Shown here piece by piece: positions 25,629-35,700 of a DNA stretch of 64,000 bases. This stretch comes from Nannocystis bainbridge (GTDB lineage Bacteria > Myxococcota_A > Polyangia > Nannocystales > Nannocystaceae): the NCBI RefSeq assembly GCF_028368995.1, contig NZ_JAQNDL010000003.1:128001-192000 (forward strand), in the 5' to 3' direction. Both the position numbers and the translations under genes were made by a program. Position 1 is the stretch's first letter. Each line of letters starts with the position of its first letter. The notes beneath the pieces are model-generated. The model did no database searches. It saw nothing but the letters and a program-made list of their open reading frames with translations, and was not told the origin of the DNA.

Positions 25629-25708
25629 CAGCGCGGCTGTCCTGAAGGGCATCTCACAGCATGTCTCAGTTGCCTTGAGGCGTGCTGACGCGTGGCTGCG
25701 AGCGCGGG

Positions 25709-26971
25709 TCAGCGAGGACTGGCGACCTTGAAGGTCGGCGGGCGGCTGCCGACGCGCCGGCGCGACCACACGGTCCATTCCCACTGGCTGACGCCGGCGA
25801 GGTCGTCGCCTTCGGCCGTGATCTCGCCGGACTCGTAAAGGGCGACCAGCGTGTCGAGCAGCGACTCGATGTCGTAGGCGACGATCTGGCGGTCGTTGTC
25901 GTCGTGCCAGAAGCTGACGAGCTCGTCGGCCTCGCCGCCGAACTCACCGCCGGGGTCGAGGCAGATGTCGTTGCCCGACGGATCGTGCAGCAACGGCAGC
26001 CAGGCTGGGTTCCACCACTGGGGCTCGTCGGCGAACCACTTGCGGCAGTCGGTGCGCCGGGCCACGGCCTCGTCGATCGAATAGAGCGAGTAGACGAACG
26101 CGATCGGCATCAACTCGCCGCCGCCGTCGTGCCAGGCCCACAGCTGGCGCAGCGCCGGCGGCAGCGGACGGCCGAGCTCGCGCTCGCAGGCGTCGAGCCG
26201 CGCCGGGTCGGCGCCCGGCCGCAGCTCGGCGTGGACGGCGGGGGTATGAGTCGCGAGCCAGCGCTCGAGGCGAACGAGCAGGCCGTCGACGCGGGCGCGC
26301 TGGGCCGCGGCCTCGCGCTCACGCCACGCGAGCACCTCGGGGATCCACGGCGGCGGCTCGTCGGGCGGCTCCGGCAGGCGCTCGGCCCACCGCCAGATTG
26401 CGTCGAGGTGAGAGAGGTACTGCGACTCGATCAGGGCCTCACGGGCCTCGCCGTCGACGCGGCGTAGCTCGTGGTCGAACGCGGCGATCCGCAGGTGCGT
26501 CAGCATATCGTCGTCGCGCGCGTCCGAGCCGCGCCCGAGGAATGCGTCGTTGCGATCCTCGCGATCCTGCTCGACGCGCTTGACGAGCTCGGCCAGCATG
26601 CGGCGGCGCGGGCCGGGGCGCCGCGCCTCGATGTAATTCGAGAAAGCGGCGCACTGCTCCGGCGAGCCCTCCCCGTCGAGCACGCGCAGCATGTGGGCCG
26701 TCTGCGCGGGGTCAGCGAGGCCTCTCGCGCAGGCGCGCCGGGCCCTGAGCCGGAGCATCAAGAAGCGGGCACGCACGATGGTCCCGCGTTCGGGTTGAAC
26801 CATGCTCGCGCCCCACAGGTGCTGCTCGTCGGGCCTCGGCCACACGCCGGCGAGGAACGGGTAGCCGACCTCCTCCATCGTGAAGCGGCCGGTCGTCGGA
26901 TCGAGCCGGCACGCTTCGGTGAGCTCGAGGCCCTCGATGATCAGGTCGAGGTCGGGCCAGTGGATCTTCAT
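25709..26971 (-). CDS. SMI1/KNR4 (SUKH) domain protein with uncharacterised N-terminal domain
   Basis: LRPGADPARLDACERELGRPLPPALRQLWAWHDG..WLPLLHDPSGNDICLD. Start placed at ATG 26971. Confidence 0.82.
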   Translation of the reverse strand: MKIHWPDLDLIIEGLELTEACRLDPTTGRFTMEEVGYPFLAGVWPRPDEQHLWGASMVQPERGTIVRARFLMLRLRARRACARGLADPAQTAHMLRVLDGEGSPEQCAAFSNYIEARRPGPRRRMLAELVKRVEQDREDRNDAFLGRGSDARDDDMLTHLRIAAFDHELRRVDGEAREALIESQYLSHLDAIWRWAERLPEPPDEPPPWIPEVLAWREREAAAQRARVDGLLVRLERWLATHTPAVHAELRPGADPARLDACERELGRPLPPALRQLWAWHDGGGELMPIAFVYSLYSIDEAVARRTDCRKWFADEPQWWNPAWLPLLHDPSGNDICLDPGGEFGGEADELVSFWHDDNDRQIVAYDIESLLDTLVALYESGEITAEGDDLAGVSQWEWTVWSRRRVGSRPPTFKVASPR

Positions 26972-27212
26972 CAGCGCCTGTCGGCGGAATCGTGGCACGC
27001 CGGCAGGCCGCGCGCAAGACCGCGCGCCGGCGCCGACCCCAAGCTCCCACGAAGGCGATGGCACGGCTGTCCCGAAGGACAGCTCCCATCCGAATCGCGA
27101 CCGGTCGGCCAGCTCACAGCCTGCGCGCGAGCGTCAACCCCGCTCGACGATCCGGCATCACCGCATCGTCGAGGCAGGTCGAGCGCAATCGCCGACGCGC
27201 CGGCGACCTCGC

Positions 27213-30200
27213 TCAGCGAGCCCGGCGCCGGCGCAGCGTCAGCAGCAGCAGCGTCAGCGCCGACAGCCCGGCCCCGCCGGGCCCGTCCTGGCGGCAGCCG
27301 CAGCCGCTCTCGTCGGTCGCGCCGCCGCCCGTGTCGCTGTCCGTGTCGCCGCCCGAGCCCGTCGAATCACTCGCCTCGGTGTCGCTGCCCGCGTCCGTCG
27401 CCGAGGTGGTCGGCTCCGGCCCGGTCTCGCTCGAAGCACCCGTCGTCGGCAATTGCCCGCTCGAGCCGTCCGAGTCCGACCCGCCGCTCGTCGTCGAGTC
27501 ACCGTCCACCGAGCAATCGGCCTCGCAGCCGTCGCCGCCCGCCGCGTTGCCGTCGTCGCACTGCTCCCCGCTGTCGACCACCCCGTCGCCGCAGCCGGCG
27601 TCCGAGCAGTCGGTGCGGCACGCGTCGGCCGCCTCGTCGCTGTTGTTCGCGCCCTCGTCGCAATCCTCGCCGACGCTGACGATCCCGTCGCCGCACACCG
27701 CCGCCGGCGCGTCGACCACCCCGACCACGCACAGCGCGTCGAGCGTCCAGCCGCCCATCTCGAGCCCGCCGTCGCTGCGCAGCTCGTACTTCAGCGTCAC
27801 CGCGTCGTTCACCACCGACGCCGTCAGGTCGACGTCGTGGAACCGCCACTCGCGGTCCGTGTGGTGCGTGCTCGCGTCGTTCATCATCAGGCTGGCGAAG
27901 TTGGTCCACACCGGCTCGTCGTTGGCGTAGATGCGCGCGCGGTCGAAGAACCCGTCCTCGATGTTGAGCCAGCGGCGGTACTGCAGGCGCACCTGCGAAT
28001 AGCCGGTCGTGTCGATCACCGGCGACTGCGCGAAGTTGGTCTTTTCCGACTGATACGTCCCGTTGAAGTTGCCGCCGCCGAGGTCGTTGCCGAACACGCG
28101 CGTCCCGTCGAACGCCGCCTGCGGGTCGCCCGACGCCGTCGGCGAGAGCGGCTCCTGCCACATCCAGTCGTCGGCGCCCTCGCCTTGCTGCCCCATCGAC
28201 AGCCCGTGCGTCCAGCCGTCGGCGGCCGGGTCGGACTCGAAATCGGTGCAGTAGATCTCCTCGACCGCGCCGACGAAGAACTCGTAGAACGGATCGGCCG
28301 CGTTCTCCGGGTACTGCAATTCGGTCGCGTCCGCGAACGTGATCTTGACCTGGTACTGCACCACGCTGCCGGCCGGCTGCTGCGGGATCTTGGCCGTGAT
28401 CTGATCGGGCGCCACGTCCATGGCGATCACCCCGCCGACGTCCTGCTGCTCGCGCAGGCGCCACGTCAGCTCCGCCGACTCGATCGCCCCGCCGCTGCAC
28501 TGCCCGCCCGCGCCGTCGACCGCGACCGACACCGTGTACTCGGCCAGCTGCGGCAGCGCCACCCCCGGCGCCTCGACGTCGACCCCGAGCTTGAACAGCC
28601 CGTGCTTGGCGAACGCGCTGTTGATCAGGCACTGGTTGGGCGTGCCGTTGGCGAGGTCGCCGTCGTCGTCGTCGGCCGCCAGCGCCTCGAAGTACATGCT
28701 CGGGATGTCGACCGCGCGGCGGATCGACTCGTAGTAGATGTGATCGGCGTGGGCCACCGCGCCCGGCCCCTGGTCCTCGACCAGCGCCTTGCGCAGGTCC
28801 CACAGCGCGCCGGCGATGATGAGGCCCGTGATGTGCGTGTCGCCGTCGACGTCGTCGGGCCACACCGCCTCGCTGCCGTTGGGGTCGATGTGGCGCAGCG
28901 GCCCGGGGTCGTTGAGGAAGAAGCCGATGCCCATCGCCGGGTCGTCGACCACCGTCGCCGCCAGGTAGTCGCTCACGCCCTCGGACAGCGCCGGGTCGAA
29001 GTTACCGACGCCCTGGATGATGGCGTGGTCGTGCACCCCGTGGCCGTACTCGTGATAGACGATGTCGGCCACCCGCCCGGTGTTGTTGCACTGGTTGCTC
29101 TGGCGGAAGAAATTGATGTTGCCGTCGTAATAGGCGTTGCAGCTCTCGTTGATGTTGACGGTCGCGGCGAGCTGCTGGGCGACGAACTCGAAGGTGGGGT
29201 CGATCTGGCGCACGTAGTCGATCACGTGGTTGGCGTGCACGAACGTCGAGATCTGCGCGTCGACCAGCTCGTCGTTGGCCGCGTTCCAGTTGACCGTCTG
29301 GTTCGGCTGCAGGTTGAGGTTCGCGGTCGCCTCGTTGCCCGCGTCGTTGGCGACCGTCACCTGCGTGCCGCTGGCCCGCGTCGTCACCATGGTCGCATTG
29401 TTGCCGTTCCACATCACGTCGCCGGTCGGCGAGCTGGTGACGTTCATCCCGCCCACCGTCAGCGCCGCGCGGTTGGCCGGCCAGTTCTGCCGCTCGCCGC
29501 CGGGCTCGCGCACTGGCGCGTTGTAGGCCACCTTGCCGCTGGCGAACAGCAGCGTCTGCTTGCGCGCCACCGGCTCGCCCGTGGCCGCGTCGACGTAGAC
29601 CCGCCAGCGCCCCAGCGGCGCCGTGGTCGCCAGCTCGACCGGCACCACCGTCGCGTACTCGACCCCGCCCCCGCGCACCAGCGGCAGCACCACCGCCTCG
29701 TGCGCGGCCTCGAAGGAGACTGTCCCCGGGGACAGGTCGCGCTCCAGCCACTCGCTCGCGGCCGTGCGCGCCTGGGCGGCGCCCACCTGGCGGACCGCCG
29801 GCGCCGGCACGTGCGGCAGCGCCTCCGAGCCGATCATGAACAGGCGGTCGTTGCGGAAGCGGAAGCTGACCTGCCCGCCCTCGACCGCCACCCCGCGGAC
29901 CCGCTGCACGAACCCGAGTGTGCGCATTCCGCCGCTCTCGACATTCGCCACCAATGTGAAGTCCGCCGCCGACGCCCCCGGCGCCAGCAGGCCGACGTGA
30001 CGGGCCAGGAACGCCCGCGCGAGCCGCTCGGCCGCCACGGGCGAACCCGCGCTCCCGGGCGCCGCGATCCCGGCGCCCCAGATCCGCCGCACCACGTCGG
30101 TATCGCGGTCCCACACCGCCCACGTCTGCGGCCCCATCTCGGCCACCAGCCGCGCCCACGCGCCCCCGTGCCGCGCCGGCGCCTGGTACCACGTCAGGTC

Positions 30201-30347
30201 GGCCAGCGCCCGCACCGGAGCCCCCCGGGCGACCTCCACGGCGGGCCGCCGCGCGTGCGCAGCAGGGGTCTGAACCGCGCTCGCGGTCGGGCTGACGGCC
30301 ATCAAAGTGGCCGCGGTGAGGGTGGCAATTCCGTGGGCGAGTCTCAT
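27213..30347 (-). CDS. Secreted zinc metallopeptidase (M4/M36-like gluzincin) with Cys-rich repeats and MYXO-CTERM
   Basis: HEYGH plus SEGVSDY, propeptide region, CGDG..CD repeats, GCGC..hydrophobic..RRRRAR tail; SD GGAGGAG. Confidence 0.88.
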   Translation of the reverse strand: MRLAHGIATLTAATLMAVSPTASAVQTPAAHARRPAVEVARGAPVRALADLTWYQAPARHGGAWARLVAEMGPQTWAVWDRDTDVVRRIWGAGIAAPGSAGSPVAAERLARAFLARHVGLLAPGASAADFTLVANVESGGMRTLGFVQRVRGVAVEGGQVSFRFRNDRLFMIGSEALPHVPAPAVRQVGAAQARTAASEWLERDLSPGTVSFEAAHEAVVLPLVRGGGVEYATVVPVELATTAPLGRWRVYVDAATGEPVARKQTLLFASGKVAYNAPVREPGGERQNWPANRAALTVGGMNVTSSPTGDVMWNGNNATMVTTRASGTQVTVANDAGNEATANLNLQPNQTVNWNAANDELVDAQISTFVHANHVIDYVRQIDPTFEFVAQQLAATVNINESCNAYYDGNINFFRQSNQCNNTGRVADIVYHEYGHGVHDHAIIQGVGNFDPALSEGVSDYLAATVVDDPAMGIGFFLNDPGPLRHIDPNGSEAVWPDDVDGDTHITGLIIAGALWDLRKALVEDQGPGAVAHADHIYYESIRRAVDIPSMYFEALAADDDDGDLANGTPNQCLINSAFAKHGLFKLGVDVEAPGVALPQLAEYTVSVAVDGAGGQCSGGAIESAELTWRLREQQDVGGVIAMDVAPDQITAKIPQQPAGSVVQYQVKITFADATELQYPENAADPFYEFFVGAVEEIYCTDFESDPAADGWTHGLSMGQQGEGADDWMWQEPLSPTASGDPQAAFDGTRVFGNDLGGGNFNGTYQSEKTNFAQSPVIDTTGYSQVRLQYRRWLNIEDGFFDRARIYANDEPVWTNFASLMMNDASTHHTDREWRFHDVDLTASVVNDAVTLKYELRSDGGLEMGGWTLDALCVVGVVDAPAAVCGDGIVSVGEDCDEGANNSDEAADACRTDCSDAGCGDGVVDSGEQCDDGNAAGGDGCEADCSVDGDSTTSGGSDSDGSSGQLPTTGASSETGPEPTTSATDAGSDTEASDSTGSGGDTDSDTGGGATDESGCGCRQDGPGGAGLSALTLLLLTLRRRRAR

Positions 30348-30670
30348 CGGTCTCCTCCGCGGGTGCGCCAGAGCGCACCACGCCGGCACCCTACCAAAAC
30401 GCAAGACCCTGGAGGTATGTTTGTGTCTAGCGCGTGCTCACAGGGAGAACCCTGTCTCCGCCAGACCCCTCGCCCTGCCCCCAGGCGGCGCGTACCCTGA
30501 GGCGATGCATCACATGTCTCCGAGGACATGTTGCTTCAGACATACCCCATGGCGAAGAGTGCCAGCGGCCGAGGCGAGGCCGGTCGGGGCGGCCTCGCCG
30601 ATGGACGTGCAGGTCATCCCCAGCGACAGTGCCAAGAATGGCCAGGGGATTTTGCGTATGCTGACCGCGA

Positions 30671-31786
30671 ATGGCCAACAGCAAGACGACGAAGCCAAAG
30701 ACCTCAGGCAAGGCCGCGGCGGGCAAACCCAAGACGGGCAAAGCCACCGCGAAGAAATCCGCCGCGAAGAAGGCCGCCGCGAAGAAGGCCTCCACGAAGA
30801 AGACCACGGCGAACAAGACCACGGTGAAGAAGACCGCGGTGAAGAAGACCGCGGTGAAGAAGCCCTCGGCGAAGAAGACCACGGCGAAGAAGACCACGGC
30901 GAAGAAGACCCCCGCGAAGAAGACCGCCGCGAAGAAGACCGCCGCGAAGAAGACCCCCGCGAAGAAGACCCCCGCGAAGAGGGCCACAACCAAGAAGCCC
31001 ACCGCGAACAAGCCCACTGCGAGCAAGCCCACCGCGAGCTTTCCGACGGACGAGGTGCTGAGCGAGATCGAGGACAACCTGATCTCGTACTCCTACAATT
31101 TCAGATCGCCGGCCACCGACCGCGAGGGCAAGGCCTGGCGGAAGATCGCCTTCTCGGGTCCGCTCAAGCTCCTGGCCAAGCTCGTCAAGCACCCCGTGGC
31201 GCAGCAGCTGGAGACGCTCACCATCGTCGGCATCGACGCGAAGGCCGACAAGGTCATCCGCGTGCTGTCCGAGGGCCCTCCGCTCGCGGCGTTGCGCGAG
31301 CTGCGTCTTGGCTTCCTGCCCGAGGGTCAGAGCGATTTGGTCGGCTTCGAAGAGCGCGACTGCGGCGACCTGACCGCCCTGTCCCGGGCCTGCCCGCGCC
31401 TGGAGATCCTGCGGCTGCTCTGCCCTGGCTTCGTGGCCGCCGATCACCCCACGCTCCGGGTCCTGGACGCGCGCACGGGGGCCCGGCCGGCGTCGGTGGC
31501 CTCGCTGGCCAAGGCGTCGCTACCGCGCCTGGAGGAGCTTCACCTCGGCTTCGGGGTCGAGGACGACGAGCCCCTGTATGCATCGCTGATCTGGCCGCCG
31601 AACACGCTCCAGCCGCTGCTCGACGGCAAGGCGCTGCCGACGCTGCGCCGGCTGTGCCTGTGGCCCATGCCGGAGGACGACGGCCTGTTCAAGCTGGCCA
31701 GGGCCTCGCCGCTGGCGAAGCGCGCGAAGATCGAGCTGCGCAGCACCGACGACCTCGAGGCCGACACCGACGCTTACACGCTCTGA
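30671..31786 (+). CDS. Histone H1-like Lys/Ala-rich N-terminus fused to LRR-like domain
   Basis: About 110 aa of KK(T/A)xA pentamers, then LRELRLG..CPRLEILRL..LPRLEELHLGFG..LPTLRRLCL. Confidence 0.8.
   Translation: MANSKTTKPKTSGKAAAGKPKTGKATAKKSAAKKAAAKKASTKKTTANKTTVKKTAVKKTAVKKPSAKKTTAKKTTAKKTPAKKTAAKKTAAKKTPAKKTPAKRATTKKPTANKPTASKPTASFPTDEVLSEIEDNLISYSYNFRSPATDREGKAWRKIAFSGPLKLLAKLVKHPVAQQLETLTIVGIDAKADKVIRVLSEGPPLAALRELRLGFLPEGQSDLVGFEERDCGDLTALSRACPRLEILRLLCPGFVAADHPTLRVLDARTGARPASVASLAKASLPRLEELHLGFGVEDDEPLYASLIWPPNTLQPLLDGKALPTLRRLCLWPMPEDDGLFKLARASPLAKRAKIELRSTDDLEADTDAYTL
30750..31036 (+). repeat. 15-bp coding tandem repeat (GCGAAGAAGACC..) encoding AKKT(A/P/T)
   Basis: Visible periodic gaagaagacc units. 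Confidence 0.85.
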
Positions 31787-31955
31787 CCGGGCTCACAGCT
31801 CGGCCACCGCTCGCCTGTCCACATATCGTGCGAGCGGCCCGACGTCTGCACGTCGCATAGCCGCACGAACACGTCGGTCCACGCGTGCTCGAGAAGCACA
31901 CCTCCGCGCGCGGCCGGGGACATGTCCCGAAAGACATCCCCCGTTTCGACCCTGC

Positions 31956-32720
31956 TCAGCGCCGCACCGGCTCGAGCTCGAGCCGCGCGATCGACAGCTG
32001 CACCCACGCGTCGTACGCCTGGGCCTCGACGTTGAACCGGTAGTCGCGCCAGCTCCACCCCTGCGGCCGCGCCTCGGTGCCCACGTGGAGCTCGAAGCGC
32101 TCCGCCTCGGCGCGAAACGGCTGGTACTCGAGCGCCACCAGCAGCGGCGGCTCCTCCCCGGCGTCGATCTGCTTGGTCGAGTGGCCGAGGAACTTCATCC
32201 GCGTCGAGCCGAGCTCGATCTCGGCGCCTCGCTGCAGCCGCGCCGCGATCGGCTGGCCGGGCCGCACGCGCTCGGTGACCTGCTCGGCGGTCACCACCAG
32301 CCGCGGCTTGCGGCTCGGATCTTCGACCTCGACGACCTCGACCCGCCAGCGCTCGAACCACGCCTCGCGCACCGACTCGTAGCCCGCCGAGAGCAGGCTG
32401 ATCTCGCGGCGCACCGGCGCCCCCATGCCCTCGAAGATCAGCATCAGCGTGATCCCGCTGCCGCCCGGATAGCTGCCGTCGGGGCTGGCCTCGATCGATT
32501 CGACGGTCACGCCTTCAAAATGCACCGTGACCCCGCCGCCGAGCGGCAGCCGCTCGTTCGGCGCGAGCGTCATGCGGGGTGCGGGGCTGGCGGGCGCGGT
32601 GGTCTTCGGCGGATCGGGGGGTTGCATGGTCGGCGCGGGGGCAGGAGCGGCGCACGCGGCGAGCAGGCAGACCACGAGGCCGCCGCGCGCCGCCATCGCA
32701 TCGCGAATCACAGCACTCAT
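31956..32720 (-). CDS. Hypothetical lipoprotein translationally coupled to alpha-2-macroglobulin
   Basis: ATGA overlap with the A2M stop at 32717-32720; lipobox LLAAC; Pro-rich linker; two beta-rich repeats. Confidence 0.72.
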   Translation of the reverse strand: MSAVIRDAMAARGGLVVCLLAACAAPAPAPTMQPPDPPKTTAPASPAPRMTLAPNERLPLGGGVTVHFEGVTVESIEASPDGSYPGGSGITLMLIFEGMGAPVRREISLLSAGYESVREAWFERWRVEVVEVEDPSRKPRLVVTAEQVTERVRPGQPIAARLQRGAEIELGSTRMKFLGHSTKQIDAGEEPPLLVALEYQPFRAEAERFELHVGTEARPQGWSWRDYRFNVEAQAYDAWVQLSIARLELEPVRR

Positions 32721-35700
32721 TCGACGATCACCTTCGCGCTCCACCCGCGGCCGAACGTCTCCGGGTGGTACATCTCCTCCGCCTTCGGCGGCGGCACCAC
32801 GAACACCCCCGGCGTGGTCGCCAGCGCCACGTACGTGTATGTGTGCACGCCCTCCCACAGCAGCGAAGTGAACGCCTCGGCTCGCTCGTCGCGCAGGTTC
32901 TGGTGCTCGAACCACGGGCGGTTCCACCACCACCACGGCGACTGCTTGCTCAGCGCCTGCGGGTCCTCCGGCAGCGCCCCGGTCGTCATCAGCGCCGGGT
33001 TCTGCGGCTCGAGCCCGGCCGGCAGCGGGTCGACCAGCGCCACGTGGTAGCGGCGGGTCGGCGCCACCATCGTCAGGCGCACCCGCACGCGCGCCCCGCC
33101 CTTGATCCGCCACGTCCCGTCGGCGTCGCGCTTTACGTCCTTCGGGTCGTCGATCGGCTCGTACGCGCGGTCGACCACGAACCCGTGATCGCTCGGCGGC
33201 ATCATCAGATCGGTCGGTGCGTAGCGCATCCCGATCCGGTAGTACAGGCGGCCTTTGCCCTCCTTTTGCAGGATCAGGTCGCCCGACCCGATCGCCGCCA
33301 CCTCCGCCATCGGGATGTCGATCCGCCGGCGGTCGGTCTGCCGACCGGCGAACTTCTGCTCGCCGGCGTAGCGCGCTCCCAGCCACACCCGCGCCACGAA
33401 ATCGGGCGTGATCTTCTCGTAGGTGTTGAAGTAGCGGTCGAGCGCCACCAGCACGAACGCGTTCTCCTGCGTGCTGCTCCACCGGCCCGCCTTGCGGTGG
33501 GCCATCAGCCCCTCGACCAGCTTCGGGATCAGGTCGCTCTTCGGCTGATCGGCGATCAGCGCCTCGAGCATCAACGCGTCGACCCGGCGGTCCGAGTGCA
33601 GCAGCACGTGCCCGCCGTCGCTGTACGAGGTCACGAAGTGGGCCGCGCCCGCGGTCTCCTCGGCCCGGTTGCGGACGATCAGGCGGATCGCCTCGAGCTC
33701 GGCGGTCGAGGCCGGATCGCCCTGCAGCGCCGAGTACAGCCACGCCACCGCCTCCATCCCCATCTTCTCGATCCCGCCGGCCTCCTTGATCAGCTCGCGC
33801 GCCGCCGTCGGGTTGCCGCGGCCGAGCTGGCGCAGGGTGTAGAGCGCGTAGGCCCGCAGCACCTGCTTCTCGACCGGCCCGTACGACTCGGGGATCCGGT
33901 AGCGGATCGACTGCAGGTAGTTGACTGCCTTTTGGGTCATGTCCTTGGGGACATTGAAGCCCTTGGCGTCGGCGCGGGCCAGCGCGTGCGCGACGTGGAT
34001 CGAAAGGTACGGGTACGAGCGCTCGCCCCAGCGCCAGAAGCCCCAGCCGCCGTCATAGTTCTGCAGCTTGGCCAGCCGCAGCAGGTCCTGGCGCACGCCG
34101 GCCTCGAGCTCCTTCGGCGGCGGCAGGCCCTCGGCCGCGAACGCGGACAGCACGTCGCGCAGCGACGCGATCGCCATCACCCGCGACGACACCTGCTCCG
34201 CGCAGTCGAACGGGTAGCGGACCAGGTACAGCAGCGCGTCGGTCAGCCCGGCCAGCGCCGTCGAAGTCGTCGTCACCTCGAGCCCGCCGAACTCGCGCCA
34301 CACCTGGCCCGGCGCCTTGACCGGCTGGGCCACCGCGCCGCTGTCGAGCGTGCCGTAGGTCGCGAACGCCTCGGTGGTCGCCGGCGTCCACACCGGCAGC
34401 GACACCTCGGCCGCGTCGGTGTGCTTGCCGCTGGCGACCGCGAATTGGAACCGCGCCGTGCCGGCCAGCTCGGTCGTGGCCGGGAACCGGACCTCGACCC
34501 GGTCGCCCGCCGGCACCTGCACCTTGCGACCTGTCCCTGCGGTCAGCTTGGCATTGCCGGCGCGGACCGCCACCTCGACCGTCAGCGGCTTCTTGCCCTG
34601 GTTCTGCACCACCACCGGCAGCTCGAGCTTGTCGCCGAAGTTGAGGAAGCGCGGCGGCGACGGCCGGACCATCAGCGGCCGGCTCGCGGTCACCGTCGCC
34701 TCGCCGCTGCCGAACGCGCCCGTGCCCGCGGCCGCGACCGCCATCACGCGATAGCGCGTGAGGTTGTCGGGCAGCTTGAGCTTCACCTGCGCCTTGCCCT
34801 TGCTGTCCGTCGGGACAGCCGCGGCGAACAGCGCCAGCGCGCTGAAGTCGGTCCGCAGCGCGATCGCCCCCTCCTCCTGCTGCGCGCCCGACTCGTCGTC
34901 CGTGGGCTTCGAGACCTCGGCCTTCTTCTCCTCCTCCGGCGCCGGCGCCATCACCGGCGCCCCCGGGGCCATGCCGGCGTTCTTCTTGCTCGCCCGCTTC
35001 GGCGCGGCCTCGGCCCGATCGTCGCTGTCGCCGTCGCGCGAGCTGCCGACCGCGCCCGTCAGCTGCAGCTTGGCCAGATCGGGCCGCGCCAACAGCAAGA
35101 GCTCGCGCAGGTGATGCTCGCGCACCCCGCCGTCGCGGTCGAGGTAGAACGTCGCCACCGGGTCGGGCCACGAATAACCGGTCAGCGACAGCACCGCCTC
35201 GTCGACCACCGCCAGCGCCACCTCGCCGCCGGCGACCGGCTTGCCCTCGGCGTCCTTCAGCTCGACGTCGACCACCGTCTCCGCACCCGGCGGCAACTCC
35301 TCGTCGCGCGGCTTGGCCGTCAATTGCAGCGTGCGCCGGCGCGGCGGGACCCGCAGGTTGACCGACCCGGCCGCATACGCTGGCCGCGGGGCCAGGCCCG
35401 GATCGGCCGTCCCGTCGTCGCGGGTCCGCGGGGCCGCGCCGACCAGGTCGACGTGGACGTGCAGGTTCGGCACGTGGCCCTCCTCGATCGGCACCCGCAG
35501 CTTGGCCGCCCCGTCCTCGACCTTGAACCGCTCGCTGCGCACCAGCCCCGAGCGGCGGATCGTCATCACGCCCTCGGCCTGCGGCCACGGCGACACCACC
35601 AGCAGCTCGGCGACATCGCCGGCCCCGTACTCCTTCTTGTCGGTCAGCAGCCCGACCTTCTCCTGCTCGATCGTGCGGCTCGGCGGCGTGTCACCGCCCG

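Noticed and set aside
30307-31860. Alternative-frame ORF with acidic EEDR/EEDH repeats
   Set aside because: It is a frame-shifted reading of the AKKT repeat. The 30671 frame has the coherent LRR-like domain and a -10-like element before its ATG.
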